Assembly: GCA_026395155.1 (NCBI GenBank)
Contig: JAPLZG010000083.1
Coordinates: forward strand, 1-21,226
DNA from: Candidatus Tayloriibacteriota bacterium
Lineage (GTDB): Bacteria; Patescibacteriota; Minisyncoccia; Phycocordibacterales; GWA1-40-21
DNA length: 21,226 bases
Direction: 5' to 3'
Both the position numbers and the translations under genes were made by a program. Shown piece after piece: positions 8,610 through 14,212 of the stretch. The notes under the pieces were generated by a model. It was not told where the DNA came from. It saw nothing but the letters and a program-made list of their open reading frames with translations, and ran no database searches. Numbering within the stretch: position 1 is the first letter of the stretch; each line of letters begins with the position of its first letter.

Positions 8610-8665
8610 TGGTAGGACGAGACATTGCCAATGTTTAGGTGGGAGTTCGATTCTCCCTGCCCGCA
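8595..8665 (+). tRNA. tRNA-Gly (anticodon GCC), no encoded CCA
   Basis: gcgggcatagtttagtggtaggacgagacattgccaatgtttaggtgggagttcgattctccctgcccgca folds as a cloverleaf. The anticodon loop is tt-GCC-aa. Confidence 0.9.
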
Positions 8666-8671
8666 CATATT

Positions 8672-8700
8672 AAAAAAATTCCCGGATGAGGGAATTTTTT
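8672..8700 (+). terminator. Intrinsic terminator after tRNA-Gly(GCC), the core of a longer 8659-8714 inverted repeat
   Basis: aaaaaaattccc-ggatga-gggaatttttt. The outer arms gcccgcacatatt / aatatgtgcgggc extend the pairing into the tRNA 3' acceptor strand. Confidence 0.8.
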
Positions 8701-9132
8701 TAATATGTGCGGGCGAAAAATCAATTTCATTTATTTTTTTCTCAAAACCATCACCTAACCCTTCGAATATCTCAGGGCAAGCAACCAAAAGCTACCACCT
8801 ATCTTTAAGGACACTCTCCTTTTTAAAAAGACATACAACGACACAAAAATAATAAACCATAAATATACGACAATTTTTAAATCTTATAAAATAACATTAT
8901 TTCATCAAAACTGTGGATAACTATGTTTATATGTGAATTAAAGACAGTCTAATAGATTTCACATGAAATCAGACTTTTAATGGTCTTTTAACTAAAATAC
9001 GGCTAAAAATATGTTTTATACGTCTTTTATTACGCTGCCTTATGACTTGTCCAATACAAAGTATGTACTAAGAAACACTCTTCCTGTTTCAGATGAAACA
9101 TAGCCAAAATTAGAAAATTACTATTTTATCTG

Positions 9133-9180
9133 TCATTCCCGCCTCCTCTCGATGAAACTCGAGATAAATCGCGGGAATGA
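9133..9180. repeat. REP-like nested palindrome (tcattcccgc ... gcgggaatga)
   Basis: 10-bp outer inverted repeat enclosing the tctcga-tgaaac-tcgaga hairpin. The same attcccgc/gcgggaat arms recur at 20015-20034. Confidence 0.7.
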
Positions 9181-9207
9181 AAGAGTTATGATAGAATATA
9201 ATGAAAC

Positions 9208-9603
9208 ATGGCTTTAAAAACCCAAAAACAAGTGACCGGGACGTTAGGAGAAGATCTTGCCTGTAGGTTTCTGATGAAACATGGTTTTGAAATTGTTGAA
9301 AGAAACTACTGGCAAAAGTGTGGGGAAATAGACATAATAGCCAAAAACAAGGGTATTCTTCATTTTATTGAGGTAAAAAGTGTTTCGTGTGAAAACATTA
9401 ACAATGTTTCAGATAACGGGTATCGACCTGAAGATAACTTGCACTCCTGGAAATTAGAAAGATTAAAAAAGACAATTCAAGTATATTTAAACAATAAGTC
9501 TGTTTCATCTGAAACAGTTTGGAAATTTGATGTTATCACGGTTTATATTGATACAAATAACAAAGTTTCACGTGTAAACTTCCTAGAAAACATCATATTA
9601 TAG
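9208..9603 (+). CDS. yraN: YraN-family (UPF0102) endonuclease-like protein
   Basis: 131 aa. The segment GEDLACRFLMKHGFEIVERNYWQKCGEIDIIAKNKGILHFIEVKS is the typical YraN core. Confidence 0.85.
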   Translation: MALKTQKQVTGTLGEDLACRFLMKHGFEIVERNYWQKCGEIDIIAKNKGILHFIEVKSVSCENINNVSDNGYRPEDNLHSWKLERLKKTIQVYLNNKSVSSETVWKFDVITVYIDTNNKVSRVNFLENIIL

Positions 9604-9737
9604 CCAGTGAATAGGTTTTAGGTGCTAGTTTCTAGGTTTTAGTATCAAAAATCTATATTATAGGCCGTATTTTTATGTTTCACATGAAATCATCTGTATT
9701 CATCTCCTCCGAATAGTGTAGTACGAAGTACTTCCAA

Positions 9738-9832
9738 TAAATCCCATCCTTGGTTGAGGAGGGGTGGTGAGTCTGCGAACCGGGGTGGTGTGTTTGGAGG
9801 AGTACCGAGTCTTCGAGGGGAGGTGGTGTAAT
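9738..9832. repeat. G+C-rich conserved element, copy A (candidate structured RNA or protein-binding array)
   Basis: Aligns along about 95 nt with 20440-20543. Shared features are aaatcccat, a ccttNNttRagg hairpin, GGGGTGGTGAGTCTGCGAACCGGGGYGGTGTGT and GAGGGGAGGTGGTGT. Confidence 0.7.
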
Positions 9833-9974
9833 CTCCTCTATTCCAAACTTAAAGACAAAAAAACCATATCTTAAGCCAAATTTTATGTTTCATGTGAAAA
9901 AAAGTAGGCCACCCCACACCTTTTTATAAATATGCAACCCCAAATACCAAGATCATACGGACTCGTGCTTGTAT

Positions 9975-10019
9975 TATTCGTATCCATTCGTATCATTAGT
10001 ATAATTCGTATATTGGTAT
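9975..10019. repeat. Dispersed ATACGAAT-type repeat, copy 2
   Basis: ttattcgtatccattcgtatcattagtataattcgtatattggtat is near-identical to 3740-3785 and 17260-17305. It is flanked by a 37-nt direct duplication (9935-9971 / 10034-10071). Confidence 0.8.
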
Positions 10020-10605
10020 TATTCATTCGTTAACAACCCCAAACACCAAAGGTCATACGGACTCGTGCTTGGGAAAGCAGAAGGATGGACTATTCGTCCC
10101 CGCACTCGTCCTGGATTGGTGAGGGGTTAGGAAAATACAGTCGCTTCACTCGTTATTTTCCACAAAAAAAACCGCCCTAACTCTGAGCAGAGCAGTGGGC
10201 GGGTCGAAAAGCGACACCTCGTGAGTTTGCATCCCCTTAAAACATCTTACCGTTTTATAAAAAATGTTTGTAGGATAGATGTAAGGGAAGGAAAAAAGAT
10301 GTGAACATCACCAAGCGAACTTTTCAATTTCGAAGCGCGATCAACGCTTCAGAAAGAACATTCAACTAGATTGTCGAGGAGAACAAGAAACTTGAGTTGC
10401 ATGTCTAATTTCTTATTTGACTTTCCAATTGATCCTTAGTAATTAAAGGACATTCATTATATGACTACAAATAAGGATATTATTTCTAATAATTTTAGAA
10501 TTAAAATATTTTATTCAGTTAAAATTATTTACTTGCCATACATTTTAACAAATTTTGCTTTTTATTTTTAAAAAAATAAATTTAATTCATAAAAAAATAT
10601 CTTTG

Positions 10606-10614
10606 TGATATAAT
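10606..10614 (+). promoter_or_regulatory. Extended -10 promoter element upstream of the TrmB-like gene
   Basis: TGaTATAAT lies 17 nt upstream of the ATG at 10631. No clear -35 element was found. Confidence 0.4.
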
Positions 10615-10630
10615 AAAAAGTATAAAAGAT

Positions 10631-11377
10631 ATGTTTGAAAAATATTTAAAAGAAATTGGATTGAGTGAAAAAGAAGCAGAAGTTTATCTAGCACTTTTAC
10701 GAGGTGACAGTTTTTCAATATTAGAAATTTCTAAAAAAACAAAAATAAATCGAACAACAATTTATCCTGTAATAAAATCTTTATCTGAAAAAGGTTTAGT
10801 TAGTGAAACAACCACAAATACAAAAGTAAATTACCAAGCTGAATCTCCAGATAGATTAGAAACTTTTATAGAGAGACAAAAGATACTTCTCGAAGAGAAT
10901 TCAAAGAAAATGAAGGATATTATTCCTCAATTAAAAAGTACTCAAAGGGAAGTGGGGGAGAGACCTGTTGTGAAATATTTTGAAGGTAAAGAGGGAATAA
11001 TAAGCGTAAATGAAGATCTCTTTAGTAATCCAGTAGAGGGGGAAAAGGCTTATATGATATATTCTAAAGATCTTGTGAATGAGGTCTTTAAAAAAGATGA
11101 AACAGCCAAATTTAAAAATAACAGAATTAAAGAAAAAATAAAAGGAATATCAATATATAATTATAAAGATAATAGTATTCCGAGTGATGAAACTTCAACA
11201 AGACTAAAAATTGATGAAAACAAATACCCCATAAATTGCGATATATCAATATACAAGGATAAAATTAGAATAGCTACGTTGAAAAAAAATCTATCAGGAA
11301 TTTATATTCAGAGTACCGATCTAGCGGAGACTATGAAAAGTTTAATTAGACTGATTCATGATTTACTAGCTAAATAA
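10631..11377 (+). CDS. TrmB-family transcriptional regulator
   Basis: 248 aa. The N-terminus LGLSEKEAEVYLALLRGDSFSILEISKKTKINRTTIYPVIKSLSEKGLVS is a typical TrmB winged-helix domain. Confidence 0.8.
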   Translation: MFEKYLKEIGLSEKEAEVYLALLRGDSFSILEISKKTKINRTTIYPVIKSLSEKGLVSETTTNTKVNYQAESPDRLETFIERQKILLEENSKKMKDIIPQLKSTQREVGERPVVKYFEGKEGIISVNEDLFSNPVEGEKAYMIYSKDLVNEVFKKDETAKFKNNRIKEKIKGISIYNYKDNSIPSDETSTRLKIDENKYPINCDISIYKDKIRIATLKKNLSGIYIQSTDLAETMKSLIRLIHDLLAK

Positions 11378-11386
11378 ATTAAAAGA

Positions 11387-11415
11387 GGGGCTCGGATGAA
11401 AATCATCCGAGCCCC
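11387..11415 (+). terminator. Strong hairpin after the TrmB-like gene, a terminator candidate without a clean U-tract
   Basis: ggggctcggatga-aaa-tcatccgagcccc forms a 13-bp stem. The downstream sequence ttgagcc is not T-rich. Confidence 0.5.
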
Positions 11416-11802
11416 TTGAGCCAAAAGGTCATTGAAATTAACACCTTTTGATACTAAGCTGTGTGTTTTAGTCTCACCTCCGAAGTTGGTTGTTGAAGAA
11501 CATAAAATACCCGACATCTGAAACAAGTATAGCAAATTAAAAATCTTTGTCAAGCAATTTTGACAGTTTTATCTATTTTGTATCTATAAATGCTAAAATG
11601 TGCCCGATTTATATGGGTATTTTTGATATTAGCTAAAAAATAGGTGTTTTTGACCAAAAACACACTGAAATTAGTACAAAATGGTAAAAGTTTATGTCAA
11701 AATTTAATGTATTATGTTTATGCTCGTTGACATTATATACCATATTTAATCTTTATTCATAGCCATATTTTTTATATCTAAAAAAGAAAATGTCATTTTC
11801 AC

Positions 11803-11830
11803 TTGACAAAAACATGATTTCATATATACT
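11803..11830 (+). promoter_or_regulatory. Sigma-70-type promoter of the hammerhead island
   Basis: TTGACA (11803-11808), a 16-nt spacer, then TATACT (11825-11830). A TGTCA-N8-TGACA inverted repeat (11791-11808) overlaps the -35 element. Confidence 0.6.
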
Positions 11831-11855
11831 GTCTTTAGAAAGTTAATTTTGATCC

Positions 11856-11909
11856 GTTTCCTTCTGAGTGCTTCCGCCTAGATAATATCGCGGACACTCA
11901 GAAGGGAAC
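11856..11909 (+). other. Long leader hairpin at the 5' end of the island transcript
   Basis: gtttccttctgagtg pairs with cactcagaagggaac (15 bp). An inner tccgc/gcgga stem carries a 12-nt loop. Confidence 0.7.
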
Positions 11910-12003
11910 AGATCAGTCTGAAGTTCATCGTCAGAAAAACTTTCCTAAGTTTATTAAATAGGAGGTAACATTCAGAACCAAATCTGAAAATGGGGATACC
12001 AAC

Positions 12004-12075
12004 ATGACATACTACGTCGTGAATGGTGTCGTCTTCATGAGCCATAAAGAGGCTCTTGAAGCGATGCGGGGTTAA
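12004..12075 (+). CDS. Possible 23-aa micro-ORF (MTYYVVNGVVFMSHKEALEAMRG)
   Basis: ATG-to-TAA frame read directly from the sequence. No convincing SD lies at the correct spacing; the AGGAGG at 11960-11965 is too far upstream. Confidence 0.2.
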   Translation: MTYYVVNGVVFMSHKEALEAMRG

Positions 12076-12135
12076 ACTCCCCATTATCCGAGCAAACAGC
12101 TCGTTGCGACAAAATCCGGTCGCCTAAAAGCAGGT

Positions 12136-12223
12136 AAAAAGTTTTGTCACAGTTTTACTTTGAAAAAATGTGAGCCTAGAGGAAGCAGAGCCTCACCGAG
12201 ACGAAAGTTTCGGTTTCTGTCTC
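12136..12223 (+). repeat. Left copy of the 88-nt perfect direct repeat, ending 2 nt past the HHR1 cleavage site
   Basis: aaaaagttttgtcacagttttactttgaaaaaatgtgagcctagaggaagcagagcctcaccgagacgaaagtttcggtttctgtctc is identical to 14081-14168. Weaker similarity extends about 28 nt further upstream. Confidence 0.95.
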
Positions 12224-12291
12224 CGACCCAGTCGGACTGATGAGTTTTCCATTACAATCTCTAGTGAGGTTGGTGGTATGACGAAACAGAG
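12214..12291 (+). ncRNA. Hammerhead ribozyme HHR1 (type III topology, long stem II); predicted cleavage after C12221
   Basis: uuucuGUC, then stem I tccgac-cca-gtcgga, then CUGAUGA (12237-12243). A 39-nt imperfect stem II follows, then GAAA (12283-12286), then cagag pairing with uucug. Confidence 0.9.
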
Positions 12292-12318
12292 TGTTCTTTA
12301 AAATTAAAAGGAAAAAAA

Positions 12319-12519
12319 GTGAGTACAAATAAAACTTTCACAATCGGGGAATTTGTTTTTATTTTAGTGGGTGTGGTTTTTTTGTTAATTGCAATCTACT
12401 ACACCACGGTAGCTTTTATTCACAAAGAGACGCCCCCGATTCAATCCAATATCGCGGAACTAATGGGGATCTTGAATCTCTTTACAGCTTTTATATTAAG
12501 GGCTGCACTCAAAAAATAA
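12319..12519 (+). CDS. Small membrane protein, 66 aa, two predicted TM helices
   Basis: GTG start with AAAGGA 6 nt upstream. Hydrophobic segments are FVFILVGVVFLLIAIYYTTVAF and LMGILNLFTAFILRAAL. Confidence 0.6.
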   Translation: MSTNKTFTIGEFVFILVGVVFLLIAIYYTTVAFIHKETPPIQSNIAELMGILNLFTAFILRAALKK

Positions 12520-12572
12520 CGTAAAGAAATGGGTACGTTTAAACCCCATTCAACCCGGATATGATATCTGGG

Positions 12573-12655
12573 TTCTGTCCTGAGATAGGTTTTCTCAGAT
12601 GATGAGTCCAAACCTAAATCAATTTTATTGATCGACAGAGAAGGACGAAACAGAA
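12573..12655 (+). ncRNA. Hammerhead-like motif HHR2 (type III topology, variant core AUGAUGA); predicted cleavage after C12579
   Basis: uucuGUC, then stem I ctgaga-taggttt-tctcag, then AUGAUGA (A in place of C3). Stem II is gtcc...ggac with an inner atcaat/attgat hairpin. GAAA (12647-12650) follows, then cagaa pairing perfectly with uucug. Confidence 0.55.
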
Positions 12656-12730
12656 GTTCTTTGTAAAGACGTTCAGATAATCGTCTTTAAACAATCTGCG
12701 TAAAGCATGCGTTAATGCCTCGGAGAAAAC

Positions 12731-12871
12731 ATGCCACAGGGAAGGCGAGAGCTTACCTGCACTAAGTGCAAAAAGGTTTTCAAAACACATTCGTCCAATC
12801 GGACATTGTGTCACACCTGCAAGCCTAAGTGCAGAGAGCGTCACTACTTCAAAAAAGTAGCGACACTCTAG
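12731..12871 (+). CDS. Zinc-ribbon small protein, 46 aa (not in the supplied ORF track)
   Basis: MPQGRRELTCTKCKKVFKTHSSNRTLCHTCKPKCRERHYFKKVATL has paired CxxC motifs (C10/C13 and C27/C30). GGAG lies 6 nt upstream of the ATG. Confidence 0.6.
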   Translation: MPQGRRELTCTKCKKVFKTHSSNRTLCHTCKPKCRERHYFKKVATL

Positions 12872-13049
12872 CCAAGCGCAGTATCTTCCGGAAGGTCTAA
12901 GAGTCAGACCGTTTTGCGAACCGGACGAGGTGGAGAAAACCACCTTTAGAACAGAAGTAAGTAAGGGCACATAACTCTACATAATGTCCTGGAAACAAAA
13001 ATCCGTGGAGAAAACCACGTGAAAAACCCGAACATGCAATGTGTTCGGT

Positions 13050-13102
13050 TTCTGTCTCACGATATGTTTCGTGACTGATGAGTCCAGAAGGACGAAACAG
13101 AA
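13050..13102 (+). ncRNA. Hammerhead ribozyme HHR3 (minimal type III); predicted cleavage after C13056
   Basis: uucuGUC, then stem I tcacga-tatgtt-tcgtga, then CUGAUGA (13075-13081). Stem II is gtcc-agaa-ggac, followed by GAAA (13094-13097) and cagaa. Confidence 0.92.
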
Positions 13103-13153
13103 TCCCAGTAGTAGAGCAAAGCTTACTACGGGGCAAGTGTTCTTTTAAAAAAC

Positions 13154-13207
13154 GTCCTGCGTTTTAATTTGAAATTATTTTTTTAATTTTAAATTAAAAC
13201 GCAGGAC
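13154..13207. other. Long perfect AT-rich hairpin inside the non-coding unit
   Basis: gtcctgcgttttaattt pairs with aaattaaaacgcaggac (17 bp), plus inner aaatta/taattt pairing. The minus-strand reading is followed by a T-run, so it would look like a minus-strand terminator. Confidence 0.75.
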
Positions 13208-13480
13208 CCTTGCAGGGGTTTGGCTAATTGCCCTCAGGTTGGGTGCACTCTCCTGAGAACTGAGTAGATTTAAGACTCAGAGCGAAATATCTCTTTACGA
13301 AGAGTATTTCGGTAGGGGTGTTCTAAAATACCTCACACTGCACGGCATGGAGATGTCGTTAATCCAAAACTAAAGCGAAAACTCACGTCCCGCATTTTTA
13401 GGGACGTCGACTTCGCTTAATGTTTGGGATATCTCCCGAGGGTGTTGTTGGGTGTCTGAATACATCCAACAGCATCCTCG

Positions 13481-13558
13481 TCTCTGTCTCCGACCCAGTC
13501 GGACTGATGAGTTTTTCATTACAATCTCTTGCGAGGTTGGTGATAAGACGAAACAGAG
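13481..13558 (+). ncRNA. Hammerhead ribozyme HHR4 (type III, long stem II, paralogue of HHR1); predicted cleavage after C13488
   Basis: cucuGUC, then stem I tccgac-cca-gtcgga, then CUGAUGA (13504-13510). A 39-nt stem II follows, then GAAA (13550-13553), then cagag pairing perfectly with cucug. Confidence 0.9.
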
Positions 13559-13581
13559 TGTTCTTTACAAGGATTTCCAAA

Positions 13582-13794
13582 ATGAAAAAGCAGACAATTC
13601 GAGACATAGTGATAGAAAAAGCGAGTAGTCGAATTAATAATGATGAGATATCGGATTACAAAGATTTTGCGGACGCTCTCAGTAGTAACATTGGCGACAT
13701 TTTGCTTCTTCGTCCGAGAATTGCCAGCCTTTTTGAGGATATGCCGGATGGCTTTCAGAGCCCTCGTGGATTCTCTGATTGGTTGGTTCAATGA
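13582..13794 (+). CDS. Hypothetical small protein, 70 aa
   Basis: ATG preceded by AAGGA. The ORF-track N-terminus (13420-13581) runs through HHR4 and is rejected. The protein begins MKKQTIRDIVIEKASSRINNDE... Confidence 0.6.
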   Translation: MKKQTIRDIVIEKASSRINNDEISDYKDFADALSSNIGDILLLRPRIASLFEDMPDGFQSPRGFSDWLVQ

Positions 13795-13864
13795 TGTTGC
13801 TGATTAACATTCAAAATCAGACGGCCCCAACCCGATGTTGGGAAGATTTATTTCTGAGGATTTT

Positions 13865-14008
13865 ATGAGTCTAGCCGGGATTAAAACGGGATCGGGACAT
13901 ACCAAGGGACACTCCAACAAGAAAAGGTGGACAACCCATCAAATCTTGAAGGAGTCTTCCAAAAGGAAGTCTCGCATTCTCGGGCGGCTGGAATGCCGTC
14001 AGATCTGA
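13865..14008 (+). CDS. Possible basic small protein, 47 aa
   Basis: MSLAGIKTGSGHTKGHSNKKRWTTHQILKESSKRKSRILGRLECRQI, with GAGG 5 nt upstream of the ATG. Not in the ORF track. Confidence 0.35.
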   Translation: MSLAGIKTGSGHTKGHSNKKRWTTHQILKESSKRKSRILGRLECRQI

Positions 14009-14080
14009 ATTAATCAACAGACTTAAGCAACTCTTCAAAGACAATTGAAGTTTCCACAAATCCGGTGGTAGAAAAAAAGG

Positions 14081-14168
14081 AAAAAGTTTTGTCACAGTTT
14101 TACTTTGAAAAAATGTGAGCCTAGAGGAAGCAGAGCCTCACCGAGACGAAAGTTTCGGTTTCTGTCTC
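14081..14168 (+). repeat. Right copy of the 88-nt perfect direct repeat, ending 2 nt past the HHR5 cleavage site
   Basis: Identical to 12136-12223 at an offset of exactly 1945 nt. Confidence 0.95.
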
Positions 14169-14212
14169 ACGATATGTTTCGTGACTGATGAGCTCATAAG
14201 AGCGAAACAGAA
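14160..14212 (+). ncRNA. Hammerhead ribozyme HHR5 (minimal type III, paralogue of HHR3); predicted cleavage after C14166
   Basis: uucuGUC, then stem I tcacga-tatgtt-tcgtga, then CUGAUGA (14185-14191). Stem II is gctc-ataa-gagc, followed by GAAA (14204-14207) and cagaa. Confidence 0.92.

Noticed and set aside
8912-8920. A perfect DnaA box as evidence for oriC
   Set aside because: It is a single consensus box with no cluster of boxes, no adjacent dnaA or dnaN and no obvious AT-rich unwinding repeats. That is insufficient to call an origin.
11873-11894. Resemblance of uCCGCCUAgauaau...GCGGA to the start of a twister ribozyme
   Set aside because: Only a short chance match to CCGCCUA. The conserved twister internal-loop and pseudoknot nucleotides are absent, and the region folds as a simple long hairpin.
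13104-13115. The 12-mer cccagtagtaga is shared between the island (13104) and the rpsO 3' region (18922)
   Set aside because: A single 12-nt match is within chance expectation for a 21-kb window scanned on both strands.
13420-13581. N-terminal extensions of the ORF-track genes 13420-13794 and 14115-14456
   Set aside because: The extensions read straight through the catalytic cores of HHR4 and HHR5. Internal ATGs with SDs at 13582 and 14235 are preferred.
12614-14095. Minus-strand ORFs 12614-12970, 12897-13136, 13398-13607, 13519-13791 and 13871-14095 in the island
   Set aside because: They overlap each other, the plus-strand hammerheads and the SD-preceded plus-strand small ORFs. They lack SDs. 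Open frames are expected by chance in G+C-richer sequence.
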